NCBI GenBank assembly: GCA_903860135.1
Contig: CAIOPG010000006.1
Coordinates: 100,275-164,274 of the forward strand
From: Candidatus Omnitrophota bacterium
Lineage (GTDB): Bacteria > Omnitrophota > Gorgyraeia > Zapsychrales > Fredricksoniimonadaceae
DNA: 64,000 bases
Direction: 5' to 3'
The notes under the pieces are model-generated. The model had not been told where the DNA came from, did no database searches, and saw only the letters and a program-made list of their open reading frames with translations. Shown piece by piece: positions 37,800 through 47,156 of this stretch. The position numbers and the translations under genes were made by a program. Each line of letters opens with the position of its first letter. The stretch's first letter is position 1.

Positions 37800-38983
37800 T
37801 CAGTTTTACCGGATTATTGAATGACATCACCTCGTATGGGGACAACCTGCGTTATCGCCGTCACGCGGATCCGTCGCGCCGCCGCCCCATCGCGGTCTGG
37901 AATTGTTCCCGGCGCTGTAACCTGAGTTGTGTGCATTGTTACGCGGATTCGCGCGATACCGCCTATGCCGGAGAATTGACGACCGATGAAGCCAAGGCCA
38001 TGATCCGTGACCTTAAGGATTTTAACGTGCCGGTCCTTTTGTTTTCAGGCGGCGAGCCGTTGATGCGCCCTGATTTGTTTGAATTGAACGTTTATGCCCG
38101 GGAACTTGGCCTGCGCACGGTGATCTCGACCAACGGCACATTGATCACGCCAGAAGTCGCGCGCAAGATCAAAGCTACAGGGTTTGAATATATCGGTGTC
38201 AGCCTCGACGGGATCGGCAAGAACAATGATCGGTTCCGCGGCAAGATCGGGGCTTTTGAGGATGCCTTAAATGGCATCAGGAATCTGGTCGATGTCGGGC
38301 AGAAAGTCGGCCTGCGTTTTACGATCACGGGGCACAATTACCGCGACATGCCGCTGCTTTTTGATCTCGTCGAGAAAGAAGCGGTGAACCGTATTTGTTT
38401 TTATCACCTGGCGTATTCAGGGCGCGGCACAGATCTTAAAGAGAATGACCTGGGTTTGGAGGAAACGCGGCAGGCCATTGATCAGATCTATGAATGGGTC
38501 CTTTCTTTAAAACGGCGGGCGCTCGCCAAAGAGGTGTTGACCGTCGATAACCATGCTGACGGCGCGTATCTTTATTTGAAAGTCAAACGCGCGGATCCGG
38601 TGATGGCCGAGGCCATTTATCATTTGTTGAGGGCCAATGGCGGCAATGCGTCGGGGGTGGGTATTTCCAATATTGATAATGTCGGGAATGTGCATGGTGA
38701 TCAATTCTGGCAGAAGGTGTCTTTCGGTAATGTCAGGGAACGCAAGTTCGGTGATATCTGGATGGACACATCGCATGCGCTCATGGGCAAGCTCAAGGAC
38801 CGTCAGCCGCATTTGAAGGGAAGATGCCCCACGTGCAAGTTCCTGGATATTTGCAATGGCAATCTGCGGGTCCGTGCCTGGGCGGCGACAGGCGATGTCT
38901 GGGCCGATGACCCGGCGTGTTATTTGACAGACAAGGAAGTCTTTGAAACGGAAACGCCAGCTGTAAAGGTTCCGGGACAATGA
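37796..38983 (+). CDS. ahbC: Radical SAM 12,18-didecarboxysiroheme deacetylase (NirJ1-type)
   Basis: WNCSRRCNLSCVHC, LTVDNHADG, DQFW and WADDPACYL; Ahb operon context. Confidence 0.88.
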   Translation: MISFTGLLNDITSYGDNLRYRRHADPSRRRPIAVWNCSRRCNLSCVHCYADSRDTAYAGELTTDEAKAMIRDLKDFNVPVLLFSGGEPLMRPDLFELNVYARELGLRTVISTNGTLITPEVARKIKATGFEYIGVSLDGIGKNNDRFRGKIGAFEDALNGIRNLVDVGQKVGLRFTITGHNYRDMPLLFDLVEKEAVNRICFYHLAYSGRGTDLKENDLGLEETRQAIDQIYEWVLSLKRRALAKEVLTVDNHADGAYLYLKVKRADPVMAEAIYHLLRANGGNASGVGISNIDNVGNVHGDQFWQKVSFGNVRERKFGDIWMDTSHALMGKLKDRQPHLKGRCPTCKFLDICNGNLRVRAWAATGDVWADDPACYLTDKEVFETETPAVKVPGQ

Positions 38984-39972
38984 CGCATCCTGCCAGAAAA
39001 GCTATTATTAAAAAACTGGCACCGGCGGCCTGTGGTTTTTCCCTGATCATGCCGTATTTTGTTATTGAAGGCAAAGGCATCAGGAATCCGGTTGTATCCA
39101 TGCCGGGGGTTGCCCAGCTGTCGATCGACAACCTGATCAAAGAGGTGGCGCTCGCCCGGAAGCTGGGGATTCCCGCTGTACTTATCTTCGGGATACCAGC
39201 GCATAAAGATCTGCGGGCAACCCAGGCGTATGCCCCTGACGGGATCGTGCAACAGGCCGTGCATGCCCTGAAGAAGGCCGTGCCGGAGATGATGGTCATC
39301 ACCGATGTTTGCCTGTGCGAGTACATGACCCATGGCCATTGCGGTGTGCTGAAGGACATGACGGGGCGACGCGCCATGCCGGCACGCCTCGCTGATTTCA
39401 TTGATCTCAAGCAAACACGAAAACTATTGGCAGTCACAGCCCTGACACAGGCGCGTGCGGGAGCGGATATGGTGGCGCCGTCGGCCATGATGCCCGGACA
39501 GGTGGGCGCCATCCGCGCGGTGCTTGATGAGAACGGGTTTAAACATATCCCGATCATGGGGTACAGCGCAAAATACGCCTCGGCGTTCTACGGGCCTTTC
39601 CGTGATGCCGCGCAGTCAGCGCCGAAGTTCGGCGACCGTTCCTTGTATCAACTGGATCCGGCCGATGCCCTGATCGCGCTCAAGGAAGTGGCGGCAGATA
39701 TTGATGAACAGGCGGACATTGTCATGGTTAAACCGGCGTTGCCGTACCTTGATGTGATCGCGCGGGTTCGAAGAAAGTTTAAGGCCCCTTTGGCCGCGTA
39801 CAATGTCAGCGGGGAATATGCCATGGTCAAGGCGGCCGCGGCCAACGGCTGGCTCGACGAGAAGAAAACAGTCCTTGAAATATTGACGGCGATCCATCGT
39901 GCCGGCGCGGGCATCATCATCAGTTACCATGCCTGTGACGCGGCGGTGTGGCTTAAGGAGACAAAGAAATGA
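38980..39972 (+). CDS. hemB: Porphobilinogen synthase (Zn-type)
   Basis: DVCLCEYMTHGHCG, YSAKYASAFYGPFRDA, MVKPALPYLD and YNVSGEY. Confidence 0.96.
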   Translation: MTHPARKAIIKKLAPAACGFSLIMPYFVIEGKGIRNPVVSMPGVAQLSIDNLIKEVALARKLGIPAVLIFGIPAHKDLRATQAYAPDGIVQQAVHALKKAVPEMMVITDVCLCEYMTHGHCGVLKDMTGRRAMPARLADFIDLKQTRKLLAVTALTQARAGADMVAPSAMMPGQVGAIRAVLDENGFKHIPIMGYSAKYASAFYGPFRDAAQSAPKFGDRSLYQLDPADALIALKEVAADIDEQADIVMVKPALPYLDVIARVRRKFKAPLAAYNVSGEYAMVKAAAANGWLDEKKTVLEILTAIHRAGAGIIISYHACDAAVWLKETKK

Positions 39973-40940
39973 TCATTTCATGGAATATCACCAAGGCCTG
40001 CCAGTTGAAATGCCTGCATTGTTACCGGGATGCCGGCACGAAAGAAGCCGATGAATTGACTCCGGCGGAGGGTAAGGAGTTGATCGACGAGATCGCTCTC
40101 GCCGGGTTCAAGATCCTCATTATCAGCGGCGGAGAGCCGTTGATGCGCCCGGATGTGTATGACCTGATCGCGCATGCCAGGTCTAAAGGGTTGCGTCCGG
40201 TATTAGGGACCAACGGGTGCATGATCGACCGCACGGTGGCACGGAAGCTCAAGGAAGCCGGGCTCACGCGGGCCGGGATCAGCCTCGACAGCACCGATGC
40301 GGCGGTGCATGACAACTTCCGCCAGTATCCGGGCGCCTGGCAAGAAAGCCTGGCTGGGATGAAAGCGTGCCTCGATGAAGGCCTGGATTTTCAGATCCAC
40401 ACCACGGTGACAACGTATAATTATCAGAATGTCGAGAAGATCACGGACCTGGCGGTTACCCTTGGCGCCAAGGCGCATCATATCTTTTTTCTTGTCCCGA
40501 CGGGCAGAGGCAAAGACCTTGAAGCCCTGATCCCCTCGCATGCATATCAGGCGCTCTTGAAAAAGATCATGCACAAACAGCGTGCGGTCTCCATCGAATT
40601 AAAACCGGTGTGCGCGCCGCAATTTGTACCCTTGGCACAGGACATGCATCAGCCGACACGGTTTCAGCGCGGCTGTCTGGCGGGGGTCAGCTATTGCTGT
40701 ATCCTGCCCAATGGGGATGTGCATCCATGTCCCTATTTCCCGATCAAGGTTGGGAACACGCGCGCACAGAAATTCAGCGCGCTGTGGAAAAGCCATCCGC
40801 TGTTCAAGGAGTTGCGCGACGGGGAGTATAGCGGTAACTGCGGCGGCTGTCTGCATAAAACGACCTGCGGCGGGTGCCGTGCCCGGGCCTATGCCGCGAC
40901 GGGCAATTACATGGATTTTGACCCGGAGTGCATTTATTAA
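39969..40940 (+). CDS. ahbD: Radical SAM heme b synthase (NirJ2-type)
   Basis: MIISWNITKACQLKCLHC, FLVPTGRG, CAPQF, GCLAG, PCPY and CGGCRARA. Confidence 0.88.
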   Translation: MIISWNITKACQLKCLHCYRDAGTKEADELTPAEGKELIDEIALAGFKILIISGGEPLMRPDVYDLIAHARSKGLRPVLGTNGCMIDRTVARKLKEAGLTRAGISLDSTDAAVHDNFRQYPGAWQESLAGMKACLDEGLDFQIHTTVTTYNYQNVEKITDLAVTLGAKAHHIFFLVPTGRGKDLEALIPSHAYQALLKKIMHKQRAVSIELKPVCAPQFVPLAQDMHQPTRFQRGCLAGVSYCCILPNGDVHPCPYFPIKVGNTRAQKFSALWKSHPLFKELRDGEYSGNCGGCLHKTTCGGCRARAYAATGNYMDFDPECIY

Positions 40941-40966
40941 TTGTGCGTGTTGCTTGAAAATATCAG

Positions 40967-41111
40967 TGTGATCTTTTACCGGTTCTTAAGGCTTGCGGAT
41001 GCCTTGCTGCTCAGACAGCAGAAACAGCTTTTTCTTGAAATACTTTAAGGAAAGCTTGGTTTCTGAACTCGCGACGGCGGCACTCTTCAGCCTTAAACCG
41101 GTAAAAGCTAG
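40967..41111. repeat. Structured intergenic element, copy 2
   Basis: Perfect 12-bp terminal stem CTTTTACCGGTT/AACCGGTAAAAG, extended by TAAGGCT/AGCCTTA; ends 20 nt before the ahbA ATG. Confidence 0.85.
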
Positions 41112-41130
41112 TCGGAAATATGGTTATTAT

Positions 41131-41583
41131 ATGTTGACTATAAAAGATAAGAAATTTCTCAGGAAGCTTCAGACGGATTTCCCGTTGGTGTCCCGGCCTT
41201 TTGCTGTGTTGGCGGCAGAGCAGGGAGTTACCGAGGCGGAGCTGTTGGCTTATTTCAAGGATTTGCGTCAACAAGGTGTCCTGCGTTATATCGCGGTGAT
41301 GTTTGAATTGAAGGCGCTGGGTATTATTTCAAGTTTGATCGGTATGCGCGTCCCTGCGGACAAACTTGATGCGACGGTGGCTATCATCAATGCGTATCCG
41401 AATGTAAGCCATAATTATCTGCGCGAAGGTGAGTACAATGTCTGGTTCACTGTCAGTGCGGCGTCGGAACGCCGTCTTAAATCGATCCTGGCAGATATCC
41501 GCAAGAAGAGCGGTATTAAAGCTATGCTGGACCTAAGGACGCGGCGGGTTTTTAAGAATCAGGCTGTCTTTGAATTGAAATGA
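41131..41583 (+). CDS. ahbA: Siroheme decarboxylase alpha subunit
   Basis: LQTDFPLVSRPF and VSHNYLR...YNVWFT. Start placed at the ATG at 41131; the longer ORF runs through the repeat. Confidence 0.88.
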   Translation: MLTIKDKKFLRKLQTDFPLVSRPFAVLAAEQGVTEAELLAYFKDLRQQGVLRYIAVMFELKALGIISSLIGMRVPADKLDATVAIINAYPNVSHNYLREGEYNVWFTVSAASERRLKSILADIRKKSGIKAMLDLRTRRVFKNQAVFELK

Positions 41584-41584
41584 T

Positions 41585-42055
41585 ATGAAAATATCCAAAG
41601 AAATCATCTTTGCCCTTGCGGCGCCATTAAAACTGGTTAAACAACCGTATGCCGCCATCGCCAAAGAATTGGGCATCGACGAAGCGACCCTTTTAACCAA
41701 GATCAGGCAATGCAAGGCTGCGGGCGTTATTCGCCGTGTGGGTGTTGTTCTGGGGCATTTCAAGGCCGGATACACGAGCAATGCGCTGGTCAGCTGGAAT
41801 GTCGCCGAAGCTGATCTTGAGGCTCAGGGCAAACTACTGGCCACGTTTCCTCAAGTTACTCACTGCTATGTGCGTCAGACGTATCCGCAGTGGCCGTACA
41901 GCCTTTATACCATGGTGCACGCGCGGCATGCTAAAGAGCTGGCGGCGACGATCAAGGCCATGGCGCAGCAGTCGGGGATTAAGGATTACACGATCAGGAC
42001 AACGCTCAAGGAATTCAAAAAGATCAAAAGTGATCTGAAAGGGATACTCGCATGA
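41585..42055 (+). CDS. ahbB: Siroheme decarboxylase beta subunit
   Basis: GVIRRVG, H..AG..NA, VTHCY.R...WPYSLYTMVH and EFKK. Confidence 0.88.
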   Translation: MKISKEIIFALAAPLKLVKQPYAAIAKELGIDEATLLTKIRQCKAAGVIRRVGVVLGHFKAGYTSNALVSWNVAEADLEAQGKLLATFPQVTHCYVRQTYPQWPYSLYTMVHARHAKELAATIKAMAQQSGIKDYTIRTTLKEFKKIKSDLKGILA

Positions 42056-43314
42056 AATTTGATCGATCCAGGAAACTTTTTACGGAGGCCTGCCGTTATT
42101 TTCCTGGCGGCGTTAATAGCCCGGTGCGTGCCTTTGGTGCGGTGGGCGGGAGCCCTCTTTTTATCAAGAAAGGCGCCGGGTCGAAGATCACCGATGTTGA
42201 CGGGAATACGTACATTGATTATGTGATGAGCTGGGGGGCGTTGATCCTCGGGCATGCGGTTCCGGAAGTTGTAGCGGCTGTCAGTAAGGCGGCGGCTTTA
42301 GGGTCAAGTTTCGGCGCGCCGACTGAGTCCGAATCGAAGCTGGCAACGGTTATTTCACACGCAATACCGTCGATGGAGCGCCTGCGTTTGGTTAGTTCGG
42401 GGACGGAAGCCACGATGAGCGCGATCCGTCTAAGCCGCGGGTTCACGGGGCGCGACAAGATCATCAAATTTGATGGCTGTTATCACGGGCATGGCGACAG
42501 CTTGCTCGTCAAGGCTGGTTCGGGGGCGGCCACGCAGGGCATCCCCGGGAGCGCGGGGGTGACAGCGGCCCTCAGCCGGGATACGCTGGTATGCCCTTAC
42601 AATGATATAAGTGCGTTGCGTAAGATTGTCGCCCAGCATGCGGCGTCGATCGCCTGTGTGATCATCGAGCCGGTGGCGGCGAATATGGGCGTTGTGATGC
42701 CCGATGCGGCTTTTCTTCAGGCAGTGCGCGACCTTACGGCCAGGCATGGCATTGTCCTGATCTATGATGAGGTCATCACAGGCTTCCGTTTTCATTTTGG
42801 CGGGGTGCAGACCCTGCAGAAGATCAAGCCTGACCTGACCTGCCTCGGCAAGATCATCGGCGGGGGGCTTCCGATCGCCGCTTACGGCGGGAAGAAAGAG
42901 ATCATGGATTGCGTGGCACCTTTAGGCCAGGTGTATCAGGCCGGGACGCTGTCGGGCAATCCCGTTGCTGTGGCGGCGGGACTGGCGATGCTGAAAGTGC
43001 TCAAGACCAAAGATTATGCCGCGCTCGATCACAAGGCCGCGCGCCTGTGTGAAGGGTTGAAAGAAAGTTTCACACGCAAGCATATGCCAGTCACGATCAA
43101 TCGCGCCGGGTCATTGTTCACTGTTTTCTTTACACCTCAGCCCGTCACAGATTTTACGACGGCAAGAACGTCTGATACGAAGAAATATGCGGCGTATTTC
43201 AAGGCCATGCTTCATGCGGGCATCAATTTGCCGCCGTCGCAGTTCGAGGCGCAGTTCCTTTCTTTTAGCCACACGGATAAAGATGTGGCCTTGACGCTCA
43301 GGGCGGTAAAATAA
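42052..43314 (+). CDS. hemL: Glutamate-1-semialdehyde 2,1-aminomutase
   Basis: PGGVNSPVRAF, SGTEA, YHGH, DEVITGFR, GKIIGGG and QAGTLSGNP. Confidence 0.96.
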   Translation: MKFDRSRKLFTEACRYFPGGVNSPVRAFGAVGGSPLFIKKGAGSKITDVDGNTYIDYVMSWGALILGHAVPEVVAAVSKAAALGSSFGAPTESESKLATVISHAIPSMERLRLVSSGTEATMSAIRLSRGFTGRDKIIKFDGCYHGHGDSLLVKAGSGAATQGIPGSAGVTAALSRDTLVCPYNDISALRKIVAQHAASIACVIIEPVAANMGVVMPDAAFLQAVRDLTARHGIVLIYDEVITGFRFHFGGVQTLQKIKPDLTCLGKIIGGGLPIAAYGGKKEIMDCVAPLGQVYQAGTLSGNPVAVAAGLAMLKVLKTKDYAALDHKAARLCEGLKESFTRKHMPVTINRAGSLFTVFFTPQPVTDFTTARTSDTKKYAAYFKAMLHAGINLPPSQFEAQFLSFSHTDKDVALTLRAVK

Positions 43315-44796
43315 ATGGGCAAAGATCAACTGAAAGCGTCGCAGGTGCGACCTTTTTTCGTGTGTCTTTTATTTGCCATTTGCTTTCTTTTGCGGCTCTA
43401 TCAGCTGGGTTATCATGACCTCTGGTTTGACGAGGTCGCTTCGGCAGGTTATGCCCAGCACCCGTGGGGTAACTGGAATGCGCCATTTTATTGGATATTC
43501 TTGCATGGGTGGGTGAAATTCTTCGGATTTTCTGAATTTGTTTTACGGTTTCCTTCTCTCATTTTCAGTCTTTCTTCCGTTGTTTTTTTATTCTTTCTTG
43601 GTAAAGAGTTGTTCAACGCGCGGGTTGGTTTTTGTGCGGCTTTGTTCATGGGTTTGTCGCCTTTTCATTTATGGTATGCGCAAGAGGCCAGGGATTACAC
43701 TATGGTCTTGTGCCTAGGCGTCTGCGCTTCCTTATTGTTGGCCAAGGCATTGAAGCAGGACCGTAGTATATTCTGGATATCTTTCGCGCTAGTTTCCATG
43801 ATCGGGCTGTATACAAATTATTTCTATGCTGTTCTGCTGATGGCACAGGGCGGTGTGGTCTTGGCTTTTAAAAGGCATCAGATAAAGTTCTTGGAAGTGC
43901 TTTCTTTCCTGATTCCAGTGCTGGCCTTTTCTTATTACCTGCCACATTTCTTTGAGAAGTTCATTTATATTGCGCATGGGTTTTGGGTTCCCCGGCCATC
44001 GCCTGCATCGTTACTAATAACGTTGGAGAATTTTTTGCTGGGATATAATGGCTGGCCGGCATTATATTTGGTAGCGGACATCGTTATAGGCATCTTGTTC
44101 GTTGCAGCCTGCTGGAATGCTTATCGGCAGAAGTTGTACCAGAATTTTCTGGTATGCCTGGTCTTATTTTTGATCCCTATTGGTTGCATTTTTATCTTTT
44201 CCATAAACTTTTTCTCCATTTACCTGGATCGCGCGTTTCTGATCTTCACGCCTTTCTTTTATCTTGTTTTATCTGTAGGCCTGGGTTATGCCTCGCGCTG
44301 GTTCAGGTTCTTGGCGGTGGCTGTTCTGGCGGGATTGATGTTAACGTCGGTCGCGGCATTCTTTAAGAATCATATGGTGATGCCTTTTGAACATCATGTG
44401 GGGGTCTGGCTCAAGAAACCGATTAAGCCTGTAGGGGTTTTTCTGAAGGCGCATCTGGCGTCGGATGATGCCTTGGCGTTTACAAATAATTCTATTCTAC
44501 GATCTTTGTATTTCTACCATCATCAAGGTCTACCTTTATATTATTATTTATTTGATCCAAGGTTCCCCGAGACCGACTGGCAGCGGCCGATCCAGGAAAG
44601 TCCTCGTTGCATTCCGTATTACAAGGCAAGCGGGTTGAAATTCAATAAATTATGGGTGGTTTTCTCGGACTGGCCGCGGGACAAAACCCTTGGCCCAAGT
44701 TCGCAATCGACCAAGGACTGGCTGGACAAGAATATGGTTCAGGAATTTTCCAGGGAATTTGATGGACTGATGGTGGTACGCTATGCGCGCCCATAA
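43315..44796 (+). CDS. GT-C fold membrane glycosyltransferase (PMT_2/ArnT-like)
   Basis: LRL...LWFDE, P.Y...H.W, RFPS and YAQEARDY motifs with many TM segments; starts immediately after the hemL stop. Confidence 0.82.
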   Translation: MGKDQLKASQVRPFFVCLLFAICFLLRLYQLGYHDLWFDEVASAGYAQHPWGNWNAPFYWIFLHGWVKFFGFSEFVLRFPSLIFSLSSVVFLFFLGKELFNARVGFCAALFMGLSPFHLWYAQEARDYTMVLCLGVCASLLLAKALKQDRSIFWISFALVSMIGLYTNYFYAVLLMAQGGVVLAFKRHQIKFLEVLSFLIPVLAFSYYLPHFFEKFIYIAHGFWVPRPSPASLLITLENFLLGYNGWPALYLVADIVIGILFVAACWNAYRQKLYQNFLVCLVLFLIPIGCIFIFSINFFSIYLDRAFLIFTPFFYLVLSVGLGYASRWFRFLAVAVLAGLMLTSVAAFFKNHMVMPFEHHVGVWLKKPIKPVGVFLKAHLASDDALAFTNNSILRSLYFYHHQGLPLYYYLFDPRFPETDWQRPIQESPRCIPYYKASGLKFNKLWVVFSDWPRDKTLGPSSQSTKDWLDKNMVQEFSREFDGLMVVRYARP

Positions 44797-46009
44797 CGCT
44801 AGCGATCATCGCACCCCGGCCACGCGGCTGTTGTGCGCGATAATTGGCGAAGTTGTGACCCAAAAGAAGGACGAGCGTATGCCCGCCCTGATCGGGGCAT
44901 CGACGATCGATTGGGATGTTTTTAAGCGCGGTCTTGGGTATCATGGCCTAGGGCCGTTGGCGTACATGAGCTTGAAAGCGTATGCGGACACGTTGCCGCC
45001 TGATATCGTCGGTACGTTAAAGGCAACATATTATGCTTCCTTAAAACAGGTCGTGGCTTTTGAGGAGCATTTCTTTATTTTGGAAGCGGCATGTGCTCAA
45101 CAAGGACTGTTGATGGTACCGTTCAAGGGCATGGCCATCGTTGAGGATCTTTACGCGGAAAATCCTGTCCGGCCAAGTTGTGACATTGATGTTTTGGTGC
45201 ACCGGGAGGATATTGATCAGGTTATCACGGTCATGGAGGGGCTGGGATTTGAAAAAGAATTATCCGGGCTGAAAGAGTCTTACTGGAGGACACAGTATCA
45301 TATTGCTCTTCGGAAGAATGTCCATGGCCGGCGGCCGTTAGTGGTCGAGGTGCATTGGGATATTGATTATCCGCGCAAAGGGCGGCCTTTATTACCGGAG
45401 AAGTTTAACCGGTTAAGGGAGATCGCCGTCGGCGGGCGAAAGGTCAAGATTCTTTCGGTGGAAGATACGTTCTTTGGCTTAGCTTTGCACCAGCGGCGGT
45501 TTGGTCAGGTCCTCAACCTTAAGGATGTATGTGACATGGGCCGGTTGCTGAAGAAATACGCGGCTACTTTTGACTGGGATTATATTATTCGGGAGAGCAG
45601 GAGTTCTAGGTTGCGCGCCACGGTTTATTTCGCGCTTTTTCAGGTGAAATTCTTCTTTGACATTCATGTTCCTGAGCAGGTGATGGCGGTTTTGGCTGTG
45701 CCATCTTTCCAGAAAAAGATGATCGAGCGTTTTATAAGAAGGAATACCTTTTGGGATGATCCGGATTATAATTTAAAAGACCGTTTTCTAAAGGTGCATT
45801 TTTTGTTATATGATGACATTTGGGAGCCGGCAGTTTATATTCTGGTGATCCCTATTGAACAGTTTGCCAAGTTCTATGAACTCGATCCATATACTAGGAA
45901 GACAAGGTGGCTGTATCACTTCAGTTTCTTTTATGTGATATTCCGCCGAGTTCTGGTGTATTGGAGAAGATTATGGAAATGGTTTGACCGGAGGTGTCAT
46001 GAAGAATAA
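44783..46009 (+). CDS. Nucleotidyltransferase family protein (NTP_transf_5-like)
   Basis: FKG...LY...RPSCDIDVLV, VEVHW and LKDVCD...DWD. Confidence 0.85.
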   Translation: MRAHNASDHRTPATRLLCAIIGEVVTQKKDERMPALIGASTIDWDVFKRGLGYHGLGPLAYMSLKAYADTLPPDIVGTLKATYYASLKQVVAFEEHFFILEAACAQQGLLMVPFKGMAIVEDLYAENPVRPSCDIDVLVHREDIDQVITVMEGLGFEKELSGLKESYWRTQYHIALRKNVHGRRPLVVEVHWDIDYPRKGRPLLPEKFNRLREIAVGGRKVKILSVEDTFFGLALHQRRFGQVLNLKDVCDMGRLLKKYAATFDWDYIIRESRSSRLRATVYFALFQVKFFFDIHVPEQVMAVLAVPSFQKKMIERFIRRNTFWDDPDYNLKDRFLKVHFLLYDDIWEPAVYILVIPIEQFAKFYELDPYTRKTRWLYHFSFFYVIFRRVLVYWRRLWKWFDRRCHEE

Positions 46010-47126
46010 TTTTTCGATCAATCAGCCTTTAGCGGCATTCTCGTTATGGCAGAAGTTTAAGGCGGAAAGAAGGTTGTATGCATTTGATCTGGAGATCACG
46101 GCCCGGTGCAATAACAACTGCCGTCACTGTTATGTGAATTATCCGGCGGATTGTAACGAGATCCGACAGAAGGAGCTCTCTCTAGATCAGATCAAGCACC
46201 TCGTTGACCAAGCGGTTGATATGGGTGCGTTGTGGTGCCTGATCACAGGCGGAGAGCCACTGTTGCGCCCGGACTTCTTTGATATTTATTTTTACATCAA
46301 AAGCAAAGGACTTTTGGTTTCGGTCTTTACTAACGCGACCATGATCACAGAGGAGCATGTGGCCTTCTTCAAGAAATATCCGCCACGCGAAATTGAGGTG
46401 ACGGTTTATGGCGTGACCTGCGCGACCTATGAGGATGTCAGCCGGGTCAAGGGCTCGTTTAGCCGGTTTATGCGTGGGGTGGATCTGTTGATGACAGGTG
46501 GCGTCAAGGTGCGTTTCAAAGCCATGGCCTTGCGTTCTAATGTTGATGGAATGCAGGCGATTGCTACTTTCTGCCGTGAAAGGACCCGCGATTATTTCCG
46601 GTTCGACCCATCCCTGCATCTGCGTTGTGATGGGGATATTCAACGGAATGAAGAGATCCGTTCCGAGCGATTGTCGCCCGCCGAGTTTGTGGCCCTTGAA
46701 AAAGCGGATGCGGAACGTTTCGGAGCACTCGAGAAGAACTGCGATAAACTCATTGTGCCTGCGCTGGAGCATCTTGCCTGCCATCATCTTTTCCATTGCG
46801 GGTCAGGCAATGGGAGTTTTTATGTCAGTTATGACGGCTTTTTCCGCTTGTGTTCGTCTTTGTGCCAGAAAGATTGTGTTTATGACTTAAAGAAAGGTTC
46901 GCTGAAAGAAGCCTGGGAGTGCTTTGTGCCACAAGTGCGCGCGATGACATCCGACAACAAGGAGTTCCTGGAAAAGTGCCGCGTGTGCCCGATCATCAAT
47001 CTCTGTCTCTGGTGCCCAGCGCACGCGCATCTTGAGACCGGTCGGCTCGACCAGCCAGTCCAATTTTTTTGCGATATAGCGCATGCACGGCAAGCTTCGC
47101 TTGAGGCGAATAATAAAGTTAGTTAA
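45999..47126 (+). CDS. Radical SAM/SPASM peptide maturase 1
   Basis: CNNNCRHC, GGEPL and SPASM Cys residues (FHCGSG, RLC, CRVC.....C..CP, FC); RBS GGAGG before the ATG at 45999. Confidence 0.9.
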   Translation: MKNNFSINQPLAAFSLWQKFKAERRLYAFDLEITARCNNNCRHCYVNYPADCNEIRQKELSLDQIKHLVDQAVDMGALWCLITGGEPLLRPDFFDIYFYIKSKGLLVSVFTNATMITEEHVAFFKKYPPREIEVTVYGVTCATYEDVSRVKGSFSRFMRGVDLLMTGGVKVRFKAMALRSNVDGMQAIATFCRERTRDYFRFDPSLHLRCDGDIQRNEEIRSERLSPAEFVALEKADAERFGALEKNCDKLIVPALEHLACHHLFHCGSGNGSFYVSYDGFFRLCSSLCQKDCVYDLKKGSLKEAWECFVPQVRAMTSDNKEFLEKCRVCPIINLCLWCPAHAHLETGRLDQPVQFFCDIAHARQASLEANNKVS

Positions 47127-47156
47127 ATGGGCGTCATAAATCTACGGAGGGTTCAT

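Noticed and set aside
37796-40940. Two more rSAM/SPASM genes as RiPP maturases
   Set aside because: Their motifs and context identify them as the AhbC and AhbD heme biosynthesis enzymes.
40993-41130. N-terminal extension of AhbA in the ORF track
   Set aside because: The extension runs through the structured repeat; family similarity begins at the ATG at 41131.
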